Virus record (IMG/VR): IMGVR_UViG_3300011114_001049
Span: 1-64,000 of that record
Direction: 5' to 3' (one strand)
Source: a virus
Length of the DNA stretch: 64,000 nt
Shown here: piece by piece, positions 10,160 to 19,321 of the stretch
Layout: each line of letters starts with the position of its first letter
Position numbering within the stretch: the stretch's first letter is position 1
Position numbers and translations under genes: made by a program
The notes under the pieces: generated by a model
Databases searched by the model: none
What the model was told of the DNA's origin: nothing
What the model saw: only the letters and a program-made list of their open reading frames with translations

Positions 10160-10945
10160 TTTTCCTGGGGGATTTTTTTATGGCATAAGAGGGGTCACTT
10201 CCCAGGGTCTAGGGGTATTAAAGAATAGCGCGGCGCGCGCACCTGCGGGAGTATACACCACGGAGCTACCCCAGTGTACAAGAGGTCCAGGTGGAGACTC
10301 CCCTGGTCCAAGAGTTTTTGGCGCCCGGCGGGAGGTCACATCACCAGGGCCAGGGGCCCTATAGTTACAAAATTTAACTTGAAAATCACCTAGCTAGTCT
10401 ATCTAGCCTGTCTAGCCTGTCCTGACAGGCGCTCGGCCAGACGGTCCCAGGGGCCTCCAGGCAGGCCAGGGGCTCGGTACAGGCACTAATCTCGCCCAGG
10501 GCGCCGACTGCCGGTCCCCAGGGTAGGTTTCTACCGGCCTGCATGCGCTAGCCTGTCTAGTATAGCCTGTTGACCGGGTCTCTGTGGCGCAGATTGGCTA
10601 GTTATGTCTACTTGGATACCCTGGGGACCGGGTCTCTGACTAGGTAACCGCCTGCAGAGATCGGATAGAAGCTTATCATGCTTAGAAATCGGTAAATTAC
10701 CGGCGGTTGGGATTACGCTTAGCCTGATTCCTAGCACTGTTGCAGGTCTCAGATAAAGTTTAGCGATAAGTATACAACGGATCGGTATATTGGTTATATT
10801 TATAGATTGGTGAGTAGTGAAACCTGTGTATAGACCAGGTAAGATTATATCAGGGTGTTAAGGGTCTCTGCTGCAAGGAGACCTGTGCAGACTGCTAGGC
10901 GTTGGCTATGCTTCGGTATATTTTGGTATATAAGTTAACGCTTAG
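10160..10945. other. GC-rich non-coding region with short repeats near the switch of gene orientation
   Basis: No credible ORF; CTAGCCTGT, CCCAGGG/CCCTGGG and GGTCTC repeats; composition unlike flanking genes. Confidence 0.7.
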
Positions 10946-11449
10946 CTAGTTGCTACCGTGGTGTCGGTGTCTCTCTTCTCCTCCGTGTCTTGCCCTGTCT
11001 GATTCTCTATAGTGGTGACCAGATTGATTCCTATCGTAACCGCTAGACTTATACCAGGCAGCATCCTTTAGGTAGACTGCAGCGACTGCTGTAATTCCTA
11101 AAGCTAGTGCAACCCCGCCTGAGATAAACATTGCGGCTGGAACAATAGCTAGACCAGCAACGGGTCCGACTCTTGTTATTATCTTGTCTATGATTGACCT
11201 GACCTTGAATTCCTGATCGCTCATCTCGCTAGGATTAGCACCGAAGCTTTCTCCTTCTAGTTCTAGACTAACCAACTCTTCAAATCCTGCTGGATCCGAT
11301 TGCAGGTAATCTGCAAGTATCTCCTTTTCGCGAGGGCCTAAGTCTTCTACTGCAGACTGCGCAGTTATGGTTACTTCCTGTTCGGTTGCATCGTCTCCAT
11401 GGCGAGACTCGTTTATGAATTGAAGGAATGTTCGGGTAGCTAGTTTCAT
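10946..11449 (-). CDS. Hypothetical protein with hydrophobic hairpin (MKLATRTFLQFINE)
   Basis: ORF, late promoter at about 11471, VGPVAGLAIVPAAMFISGGVALALGITAVAAVY. Confidence 0.75.
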   Translation of the reverse strand: MKLATRTFLQFINESRHGDDATEQEVTITAQSAVEDLGPREKEILADYLQSDPAGFEELVSLELEGESFGANPSEMSDQEFKVRSIIDKIITRVGPVAGLAIVPAAMFISGGVALALGITAVAAVYLKDAAWYKSSGYDRNQSGHHYRESDRARHGGEERHRHHGSN

Positions 11450-11682
11450 TTGATCTTGTTTTTTATAGGTTTATTTATCATTACCTCTTTAAGAAATAAG
11501 CGCAGAGACCTGTACCTATTTTGCTATACTAGCTATTTTCCATAAGAGAAGCTGCTTCTTATTTTAAGTAAACCTCAATTATATTTATATCTTTGGCTCC
11601 GGTCTCGTAAATATATTTTAGGAAAAGCATTACCCATTTGGATATTATGGTTATATTTACTTATAACTTAAAACTTAAAGAA

Positions 11683-11817
11683 ATGAAAACTTTATTAAAC
11701 TTATTATTACAATTTATGGGATTAGCAATGGTTGCTTTTGGTAATAGCCTAGGTCTGTTACTACTTATACCAGCCTTCGTTCAATTGGTTAGAATGGACA
11801 TGGCTGAAGAGAGCTAA
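11683..11817 (+). CDS. Small hydrophobic early protein (44 aa)
   Basis: MKTLLNLLLQFMGLAMVAFG... between promoter 11652 and a terminator; below ORF-track cutoff. Confidence 0.7.
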   Translation: MKTLLNLLLQFMGLAMVAFGNSLGLLLLIPAFVQLVRMDMAEES

Positions 11818-11835
11818 CGGTCACTAATTTAGGAG

Positions 11836-11864
11836 AGGGTCGGCTTATGTCGGCCCTTTTTTTG
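11836..11864 (+). terminator. Rho-independent terminator
   Basis: AGGGTCGGC-TTAT-GTCGGCCCT + T run. Confidence 0.85.
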
Positions 11865-12104
11865 TGAGGTTAGTTTAGTAAACATCTGTTATATCTAATT
11901 GGCTATGGTCTCTTAGCTTCAGATTGGATACGTATTGGCCATGGTCTCTTAGCTTCAGAGACCCCGTCAACTAGATTAAGCTTGCTGGTTACTTGGAAAA
12001 ATAGATTGGATTTATAGGACGAGGTCTCTAAGATTTATTTCCTAAAACGCATTACCCATTTGGATATTATGGTTATATTTACTTATAACTTAAAAACAAT
12101 TAAC

Positions 12105-12350
12105 ATGAACTTAAAACAGGTATCACCTACAGTATTGCGCTCTAGGTTAAAGAACGAAGTAATTCAGTTTGCTTTTAAAAAGGTAGACGGCTCGTTGAGA
12201 ACGGCAGTCGGAACAACTAACTTAAGTACGATTCCAGTAGAGAGTCATCCTACTGGTAAGCGTGAAGCTTCTGAAAAACAGGTTAACTTCTTTGACTTGG
12301 AAAAGAAGGAATGGAGAAGCGTAAGTTCCTCACGTGAAATATACATCTGA
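12105..12350 (+). CDS. SH3 beta-barrel/WYL-like (DUF2693-type) small protein
   Basis: FAFKKVDGSLRTAVGTTN...FFDLEKKEWRS; paralog of 19322-19570. Confidence 0.75.
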   Translation: MNLKQVSPTVLRSRLKNEVIQFAFKKVDGSLRTAVGTTNLSTIPVESHPTGKREASEKQVNFFDLEKKEWRSVSSSREIYI

Positions 12351-12511
12351 TGAGCATTTTAAAATTCAGTGATGGAGTCCAGATAGATACTTCTGGGCCC
12401 ATCAGATCGCTCCACCTAGCCGACGGTTGGTATGTTGTAGGTAACGGTTTTTTAATTCCAGTAAAGGATGAGGTTGACGCTGAGCTCGTGATTAAGAAGC
12501 TTACGGGTTAG
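12350..12511 (+). CDS. Small hypothetical early protein (53 aa)
   Basis: MSILKFSDGVQIDTSG... coupled to the upstream gene by a TGATG overlap. Confidence 0.7.
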   Translation: MSILKFSDGVQIDTSGPIRSLHLADGWYVVGNGFLIPVKDEVDAELVIKKLTG

Positions 12512-12532
12512 TATAAATCGGGATAGTGTTAG

Positions 12533-12556
12533 GGGCAGGCGAGAGTCTGCCTTTTT
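12533..12556 (+). terminator. Rho-independent terminator
   Basis: GGGCAGGC-GAGA-GTCTGCCT + T run. Confidence 0.85.
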
Positions 12557-12760
12557 GGTTTAATGAAGTTTACTCCGTAGTAGGATCCACGCTGCAGGTT
12601 GGGGTCTCTAAGAATTCCACAGAGACCCGATCCACTGGATCTTTGCACCCGATTCCAGGAATCTTGCACTGTCTAGGTGGTCTCGCAAATATATTTTAGG
12701 AAACGCATTACGGATTGGAGTATTATAGTTATATTTACTTATAACTTAAAAACTTGATAT

Positions 12761-12940
12761 ATGAATAAGAGAAAACAAATTGAAAAGGCAGAAGCATTCC
12801 TAAAGCTTTATGGATTTACCCAAGAAGATTATGTAGTTTCCCTACAGGGTCCCACTATAATTCTCTCGATTAGTGGTAATCAAAAGATGGATGGAAACCT
12901 AAAGAACGAATTATTAAACATAGGTATGCTGATCCTGTAA
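12761..12940 (+). CDS. Small hypothetical early protein (59 aa), paralog of the 14830 N-terminus
   Basis: MNKRKQIEKAEAFLKLYGFTQEDYVVSLQGPT... Confidence 0.7.
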   Translation: MNKRKQIEKAEAFLKLYGFTQEDYVVSLQGPTIILSISGNQKMDGNLKNELLNIGMLIL

Positions 12941-12953
12941 TAAAAGTTTAAGT

Positions 12954-12979
12954 AAGCCGGTTTAAATACCGGCTTTTTT
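12954..12979 (+). terminator. Rho-independent terminator
   Basis: AAGCCGGT...ACCGGCTT + T run. Confidence 0.8.
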
Positions 12980-13157
12980 AGCACGTAACTTTGCAGGTCT
13001 CTGAAGTGTAGAGACCCCGTCTACTGGATTAATTGTTTTAACACTTGGAAAAATAGATTGGATTTATAGGACGAGGTCTCGCAAATATATTTTAGGAAAC
13101 GCATTACGGATTGGAGTATTATAGTTATATTTACTATATAACTTAAAAACAAACAAC

Positions 13158-13295
13158 ATGAAAAAAGATTTGGTTTTAATCGCGTTTCAGGTATGGGCAG
13201 CTGCACTAATGTTGATACTTGTAGTTTCAATCGGATATGCTGTTTGGTCGGTATGTACGGGTAACTATTCGGGCACCGCTTGCCGAGAGTTTTAG
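13158..13295 (+). CDS. Small single-TM early protein (45 aa)
   Basis: MKKDLVLIAFQVWAAALMLILVVSIGYAVW... after promoter 13126. Confidence 0.7.
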   Translation: MKKDLVLIAFQVWAAALMLILVVSIGYAVWSVCTGNYSGTACREF

Positions 13296-13369
13296 ATAAC
13301 TTCCATCGTGAGTAAGGGTCCTGCTGAAGGGCCCTTTTTAGTTTTAGGATAATTTAGTATAATAACAAT

Positions 13370-14167
13370 ATGAAAGAAGAAATATACGAGCAGATAGGGA
13401 GTCTGTGTAGAGCAAAAAACCTAGGCACAAGTTATCGTAACACAGATAAGCCAACCCCTCGTGTCCAGTGGATCGAGACTCTGCTCCAAAGATTAGGCAT
13501 AGCCTATGAGCTGGACGAATGGCACCGCACCAGTGGTCAGCGTTGCTGGAACATCTATATACACTCCGTAGTAGAGAGTCCGATCGTAATCATGGCTCAT
13601 CACGATATTGTAAATCCAGCGAGTGATAATGCGAACGATAACTCAGCTTCAATAATCAATGCGATTGCAACCAAACTGCAGAGACCAGAAGTCATGCTAG
13701 TCTTGACCGATGGAGAAGAAGTCGGCGGACTAGGCGCGGCTCGTTATGCAAAACTTGTTCTGAATAGATTATTACCTCGACCCGTTTGGGTACTCAATTT
13801 CGAACTTACGGGTCGAGGCGGTAAGAGCTGGTTTATCGGTGATAATATAGAAGGTCCGCTGAAGAGATATCTAGTAGAGGAGCATGGCGCGGAGCTAGTC
13901 AGTGTTCCGTTTAACGATTCAGTTATAATGCGGAGAGAAGGTATTGACTCTTGCGTAATTAACCCGTTGCCAAAGGACGAGCATGGAAAGTTTGAATTAT
14001 GGCGGTTAGGAGTATGTCATAGCCTAGCCGACACAGTCGATGAGGTCTCCACTGGGGAGATGAAGGAATTTGTTGAAGAGGTAGTTTTACCGATTATCGA
14101 CGGTTGGAAAAGACCAGCGGTTGGGCGATGGGCAAAGATCTTGAAGTGGTCCCGGTCTCGCAAATAA
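13370..14167 (+). CDS. M28-family zinc peptidase
   Basis: AHHD, ANDNSAS, TDGEEVG, NFE and C-terminal HSLADT metal-ligand motifs. Confidence 0.85.
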   Translation: MKEEIYEQIGSLCRAKNLGTSYRNTDKPTPRVQWIETLLQRLGIAYELDEWHRTSGQRCWNIYIHSVVESPIVIMAHHDIVNPASDNANDNSASIINAIATKLQRPEVMLVLTDGEEVGGLGAARYAKLVLNRLLPRPVWVLNFELTGRGGKSWFIGDNIEGPLKRYLVEEHGAELVSVPFNDSVIMRREGIDSCVINPLPKDEHGKFELWRLGVCHSLADTVDEVSTGEMKEFVEEVVLPIIDGWKRPAVGRWAKILKWSRSRK

Positions 14168-14237
14168 GTTTTGGGGAACGCATACAACGAATATCCAAAT
14201 TGGTTATATTTACTTTTAACTTAAAAACTTTAAAACT

Positions 14238-14576
14238 ATGAAACTAATAAAAGACCTAGGTCCAAGCTACTTCATCTTTGGTAACAAGGGTAACGTGTGG
14301 AGTAACACCGCACACGCCTACAAGTCAGGTAAAGGTAACCTATGTAATACCCCAGCCTTAAGTACTAATCACGCTAGAATCGAGGGAATAGATGAAGTAG
14401 GTTGTCCGCGCTGTCTAGAAGAGATCGCTAAACTTAGGGACTGTTCTATTTGTGGAGAGTCCTATGGAAGGTACGGTAACACTGCAGAACCAGTAAACGG
14501 CGGTAGATGTTGCGACTCATGCAACCTAGAGAAAGTAATTCCTGCAAGACTCATCGCAGCCTTCAATAGCAATTAA
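14238..14576 (+). CDS. Cys-rich zinc-finger hypothetical protein
   Basis: CPRC, CSIC...GRCCDSCN. Confidence 0.7.
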   Translation: MKLIKDLGPSYFIFGNKGNVWSNTAHAYKSGKGNLCNTPALSTNHARIEGIDEVGCPRCLEEIAKLRDCSICGESYGRYGNTAEPVNGGRCCDSCNLEKVIPARLIAAFNSN

Positions 14577-14829
14577 GTATTTTAAATATACATTTTACAA
14601 AGAAAAGGGTTCCAACAGTGAGCCCTTTTTTTGCGTCAAGTCACTCCGTAGTGTACACCTAGCAGGTCTGCACAGGTCTCTCAAGACCAGAGACCAGTAT
14701 GGATTAAACAACTATGCGGACACTTGCCTAACCAGTGCAGTTGACCTGTGTCTCCCAACTATATTTTATGAAGGGTATACAACAGATACCCTAATTGGTT
14801 ATATTTAACCTTAACTTAAAATACTTACT

Positions 14830-15243
14830 ATGAATAAGAAGATCGAAAGGATTGAAACACTTCTAGAAGATTATGGATTTACTAATAAAGATTATACTAT
14901 TTCCTTACCTGGTCCAACACTACTCTTTGCGAGGAGCGGACAGATTAAACTTAAAAAAATAAAGGTGTGTCGACTTATTTTTCCAGCCCGTCTAGACAGG
15001 GTAGGGTCTCATAGATATATTTTTAGTAATGTGTACAGCGCATTCCGAATTTGGTTATATTTACTTAATAACTTAAAAACAGAAAGTATGTATTCACTAG
15101 ACTGTAATTATTACACAAAGGAGTTCTCAACCATTGATGAGCTTTTGGGAGACGTTGTCACCAACGGAATGGACCCCAACTACGAGATCACACGCAACGG
15201 CCAACCTACTGGCGAGATGGCGATTGACCTGATCGAATTTTAA
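14830..15243 (+). CDS. Apparent fusion: truncated paralog of 12761 read through a promoter element into a 51-aa gene (15088-15243)
   Basis: Promoter element 15005-15080 lies inside the ORF; own ATG at 15088 (MYSLDCNYY...). Confidence 0.65.
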   Translation: MNKKIERIETLLEDYGFTNKDYTISLPGPTLLFARSGQIKLKKIKVCRLIFPARLDRVGSHRYIFSNVYSAFRIWLYLLNNLKTESMYSLDCNYYTKEFSTIDELLGDVVTNGMDPNYEITRNGQPTGEMAIDLIEF

Positions 15244-15413
15244 TTTCCTGTATTATCCAGGCGCGAGGGCAGGTGGAGACGCTTGCCCTTTTTCTTGTAC
15301 TTGATTCCGGGAATCTTGTCTAGTTGTGCGGGTCTCTAAGATTTATTTTCGTAAACGCATACAACGTATTTGGATAATGGTTATATTTACTATATAACTT
15401 AAAAACAAACAGT

Positions 15414-15632
15414 ATGAAAAATCTTAGAGAAAAGTATGAAAATGCCAGAGCTCTCTTAAAAGCCGGCAAACGTGAAGAGGCAAGCGCTCTCCTTAATTTT
15501 GGAATCTACCAATTGGCTAGCGCTACTTTAGAAGGAATTCCTCAAGATCAAGTCGTAGAGGGAGCAACTGTCGATCGCTGGAAGGAACGCTTCTGGTTCG
15601 AGTTAGAAGCCAACGACCTGTTGGAAGGGTAG
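15414..15632 (+). CDS. Hypothetical early protein
   Basis: 72 aa between promoter 15382 and terminator at about 15649-15673. Confidence 0.75.
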   Translation: MKNLREKYENARALLKAGKREEASALLNFGIYQLASATLEGIPQDQVVEGATVDRWKERFWFELEANDLLEG

Positions 15633-15728
15633 TCGATAGGACTCCAGTAAGGCTCGAGAAATCGGGCCTTTTTTGTAAACCTATTTAGAGACATGAGTAT
15701 AATAGGAATATAAACTTATATTTAAAAA

Positions 15729-16019
15729 ATGGACTCTCGATTTGAAGAACTATATCAGGAACTTATGGAAGTTGAGGTAGACAAGAAAGGGTCTCCCATC
15801 TTTTACTGGCGGCTCGACGAGGAGTACTGTGTCAGGTGGGAGGAATCACTGGTTTATTATAACGATCGCTGGGATTTACTCCGTAGAGAAGCTTTAAGTC
15901 ACCTTAACGAGCTTGACGAATTAGAGCGTCGTTTCTTAGAGACAGAAGACTACGAACGATGCAGCACGATACGAGACCTTCGCGAAAAGTTAAAGTCTGA
16001 ATATGCAGCCTGGTGCTAA
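15729..16019 (+). CDS. Hypothetical protein with UVR (UvrB/C-like) coiled-coil motif
   Basis: FLETEDYERCSTIRD. Confidence 0.65.
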   Translation: MDSRFEELYQELMEVEVDKKGSPIFYWRLDEEYCVRWEESLVYYNDRWDLLRREALSHLNELDELERRFLETEDYERCSTIRDLREKLKSEYAAWC

Positions 16020-16159
16020 GGGTCTCCCAACTATATTTTCCTAGTTTTGAATTTTGTATTAAGAAAAAAGGGTTGCAAAGCTCTCGCAAAAAAAGTAGAT
16101 AAAAATTGTTATTTGTTATATTTTTTAGTTATATTTAACTATAACTAAAACGCAGAAAG

Positions 16160-16366
16160 ATGGACAAGAAAGAAAAAGATACAGATATTAAAATCATGGC
16201 AGAGTGTCGACCGTGGTCATCTCTCACCTGTGGCTCGCTCAGGGCAATGATGACTATATGTAAGAATCGTGGCTTAAAATATTATGATTCGGGAAAAATA
16301 GCTAAATGGGTAAATAACAACGAGCTCTCGATACTCCTGGAACGGGAGCTCGCGTCTCGCAACTAG
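16160..16366 (+). CDS. Hypothetical early protein
   Basis: 68 aa after promoter 16130. Confidence 0.65.
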   Translation: MDKKEKDTDIKIMAECRPWSSLTCGSLRAMMTICKNRGLKYYDSGKIAKWVNNNELSILLERELASRN

Positions 16367-16368
16367 TG

Positions 16369-16530
16369 ATGAAAAAGATAGAGGCAACTATGCAGGAAAT
16401 ATGGGCGGCAACTCGACCTGTAGTACAGAAGAACAAGAAGAAGTATTCACGTAAAAAAAAGAAAGAAGATGATTGGAAAGAAGAACCTATTAAGAACTCA
16501 GTCAGAGACAGAGGGCATGACCAAGATTAG
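16369..16530 (+). CDS. Small basic protein (53 aa)
   Basis: MKKIEATMQEIWAATRPVVQKNKKKYSRKKK...; below ORF-track cutoff. Confidence 0.55.
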   Translation: MKKIEATMQEIWAATRPVVQKNKKKYSRKKKKEDDWKEEPIKNSVRDRGHDQD

Positions 16531-16708
16531 TGGCGTTTGTGTTTTTACTAATGAGTGGTATGAATGTGAAATACCAACAGATGGACTTGAGAGTTGGCTC
16601 AACGGTCAGCCTATACAGACCGCGCTGCCTACAGTATCTCGCGATGTCCGTGAATTCCTGATCTCAGGAATATCTCCTACCGGTTGGGACAAGACTTTCG
16701 GTAAGTAA
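16517..16708 (+). CDS. Hypothetical protein
   Basis: MTKISGVCVFT...REFLISGISP; start reassigned. Confidence 0.65.
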   Translation: MTKISGVCVFTNEWYECEIPTDGLESWLNGQPIQTALPTVSRDVREFLISGISPTGWDKTFGK

Positions 16709-16959
16709 TAGTTTGTTTTAAGTTAGAGACACTGGGTCGGCGTAAGCTGGCCCTTTGTTGTTTTACTCCGTAGTAAACCCCTGCCCGCCTAGGCCAGGTA
16801 GAGACCCCTTCACCAGGCTGCAGGATCCCAATTTGCGTATAAATATTTTTTAAAATCAAGGTTGGATTTAGAGGACGCTGTCTCGCAAAAAAGTTTTAAC
16901 AGAATTTTCAGGTGTCAATTATTTTGGTTATATTTACTTATAACTTAAAAACTTAAAAT

Positions 16960-17148
16960 ATGAACTCAATGTCAACAGGAGAAATCAGAGCAGAGCTCGT
17001 AGAATTAATTAACGGCGGTATATTAAACGTACCTAACCTTGTTAAATTCTTTAAGACGAATCGTCCAGGTGCTAACCTAGTAACGGTTAAGGAAGAAGCA
17101 AAAGAGATAGTCGCAGAGGTAAAAATGGTAATAAAAAGAGGATACTAA
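16960..17148 (+). CDS. Hypothetical early protein
   Basis: 62 aa after promoter 16929. Confidence 0.7.
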   Translation: MNSMSTGEIRAELVELINGGILNVPNLVKFFKTNRPGANLVTVKEEAKEIVAEVKMVIKRGY

Positions 17149-17151
17149 ATC

Positions 17152-17523
17152 ATGACAAGAGAACAAAGAAACAAGGCAATCCAAAGATTGGAGCTATTAG
17201 AATTAAGGTTAGATGGACTTAGTGCATTATCATATAATGTATCAGACAAAGGTGGCATAGAGCTCTTAAGCGTCATCGACGAGACAAAGGCAGAGCTTGA
17301 CCTTTTAGAAAAAACTCTAGCAACCAAATGGGAGTTCCTTTTCAATTTCAAAAGCGGTGGCTGGAATTCAGAAGTAGCATTTACCCGAGAGGAAGCTATC
17401 GAGCAGGCAATTGCCAAATATGGTCAACCTTCTGAAGACCATAAAGTATTAAACATCGATGTCACCTCGTTTAGAGTGTCAACGACCCATGACAAGGCAG
17501 GTTTACTATCCCTATTTCATTAA
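17152..17523 (+). CDS. Hypothetical early protein
   Basis: 123 aa followed by terminator at about 17540-17566. Confidence 0.7.
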   Translation: MTREQRNKAIQRLELLELRLDGLSALSYNVSDKGGIELLSVIDETKAELDLLEKTLATKWEFLFNFKSGGWNSEVAFTREEAIEQAIAKYGQPSEDHKVLNIDVTSFRVSTTHDKAGLLSLFH

Positions 17524-17735
17524 GTAATAAGTATATAAGAAGAGCGAGAATTATCTCGCTTTTTTTATGACCAGTGGAAAGGCGTCTCCCAAAATTATTA
17601 GAGACCGGTGTAGTCCAGCAGATTCCTTGGAAAAAACAGACCGGCTCCAGTGGATGGAGTCTCTGAAAAACTTTTCAACAGGATTGTTAAGTATGAAAAA
17701 GATTGGTTATATTTACTTATACTTAAAAACTAAAC

Positions 17736-17954
17736 ATGATACGCGCTAAACAGGAAAAGAAAGGACCCATAGTTATTGACTTAACTGGACCTGACGGTAA
17801 TGCATATTCCCTTATAGGAAGAGCTAAGGACTTCGCAAGACAACTAGACTTAGATGCTGCTGTAATTACTAAAGAAATGATGGCAGGAGATTACGAGAAT
17901 CTAATAGCAGTATTTGATAATTACTTTGGTTCTTTTGTAATACTTGAAAGATGA
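17736..17954 (+). CDS. Phage hypothetical protein (IDLTGPDGNAY)
   Basis: 72 aa after promoter 17708. Confidence 0.75.
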   Translation: MIRAKQEKKGPIVIDLTGPDGNAYSLIGRAKDFARQLDLDAAVITKEMMAGDYENLIAVFDNYFGSFVILER

Positions 17955-18175
17955 TACCAACTACCAAACAAGAATGGTGGAGTCTAGTTAGACAAGACTT
18001 AGCCAAATGGAACTTAAAAAATCACCAAGATGATAGAATGAGCATAGGTGATTGGATAGGCGAAGTGGGTCCTAACATACATGGATGGATTGCTTTTAGA
18101 GATCGCTATGGAGATTGGGATGTGTCATTGACTGGCTATGAAGATTCTGATGATGATGAAGATGAAAAGAACTAA
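17951..18175 (+). CDS. Hypothetical protein with acidic tail
   Basis: ATGA overlap with the upstream gene. Confidence 0.65.
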   Translation: MIPTTKQEWWSLVRQDLAKWNLKNHQDDRMSIGDWIGEVGPNIHGWIAFRDRYGDWDVSLTGYEDSDDDEDEKN

Positions 18176-18182
18176 ACACGCT

Positions 18183-18479
18183 ATGGATTTTTGGATAGAA
18201 AATAAAGTATTAAAAACCTGGCTTAGTTCTAGGGAGATCGAATACCGTGTCATTGCAAGCGACGTGATTGACGGAGATCTAAACCCAGTCACTGGCGAAT
18301 GGTTGATAGTAAGAAGCGATGGGCTCGTCTACTCGCTGAACGCTAGACTCTTTATGAATATTCATTATTCTACAAAAGGTGTACGAGCAAGATGGAGTGG
18401 AGACGATGTGCGCGTGCTCGAATCCGATAACACTACTAGGATTTACAACTATCGAGGTTTCTTAAAGAGAGTAATGTAG
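18183..18479 (+). CDS. Hypothetical protein
   Basis: ORF, start reassigned to MDFWIE; terminator at about 18521-18546. Confidence 0.6.
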   Translation: MDFWIENKVLKTWLSSREIEYRVIASDVIDGDLNPVTGEWLIVRSDGLVYSLNARLFMNIHYSTKGVRARWSGDDVRVLESDNTTRIYNYRGFLKRVM

Positions 18480-18667
18480 TAATAAGATCTTCTCAAACAG
18501 TACTTCTTAATTTGACAGACGAAGGTCGGCTCCAGCTGACCTTTTGTTGTTTACTCCGTAGTCCAGTTATCTGTCCAGTGTACCGGGTCTCTAAGAAATA
18601 TTTTCAACAGGATTGTCAAGTATAGAAAGAATTGGTTATATTTACTTATAACTTAAAACTAGAAGAC

Positions 18668-18841
18668 ATGATTAAAGCAAAGATTAAAGACTTAAGAACA
18701 AAGCAACCAAAGATAGGTGACCATGTGGAGTTCACTATCGACCTGGAGACACTGACTGATGAGGTCGTTTATGTAAACGGCAATATCATTGAAGGTAAGA
18801 AGTGGGACCTAAGTTACATAAAACTAACGATAAAGAAATGA
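18668..18841 (+). CDS. Small hypothetical early protein
   Basis: MIKAKIKDLR... after promoter 18637. Confidence 0.65.
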   Translation: MIKAKIKDLRTKQPKIGDHVEFTIDLETLTDEVVYVNGNIIEGKKWDLSYIKLTIKK

Positions 18842-19227
18842 AGATACTACTTGAAACGGAGGAGGCTGAAAACTTCTTCTATAATTCTCTATGTAATGGG
18901 CTGACTGAGTTACGCTATTATAACTTAGAGCTTGATTACAAAGCCGCTGATTATGCGGCTGCTGCTAAAAAACTGAAGAAGACTGAGCAGTCGGTTTGTT
19001 ATGAAGACGTGCTCATGCAGATCTTACGCGACGGTAAGAAGCTTTCCATTATAGACGATGGGTATGATGGCGAGTATTCAGTGTCTATTACCCTTGCTGA
19101 CGTGCATGAGAGAGTAGCCTTGACTCCACTTAGTCACCTAATGGATGCAGTCAACGAGACAGACGACGCAGTTACTGCCGACTGTATATTACAGACAGTC
19201 TTCTTTAAAGAAATTGTTTTTGGTTAG
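18838..19227 (+). CDS. Hypothetical protein
   Basis: MKILLETEEA...DAVTADCILQTVFFKEIVFG; ATGA coupling. Confidence 0.7.
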   Translation: MKILLETEEAENFFYNSLCNGLTELRYYNLELDYKAADYAAAAKKLKKTEQSVCYEDVLMQILRDGKKLSIIDDGYDGEYSVSITLADVHERVALTPLSHLMDAVNETDDAVTADCILQTVFFKEIVFG

Positions 19228-19321
19228 AGCCGGGTGCACAGGTCTCGCAAAAAAGTTTTCAACAGGATTGTCATGGTTAAAAAGAATTGGTTATATTTAC
19301 TTATACTTAAAAACTTAAAAC

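Noticed and set aside
10531-10737. 68-aa ORF in the GC-rich flank (similarly 17567-17749 and 29875-30111)
   Set aside because: They run through repeat, promoter or terminator DNA and lack the A-rich start context of real genes.
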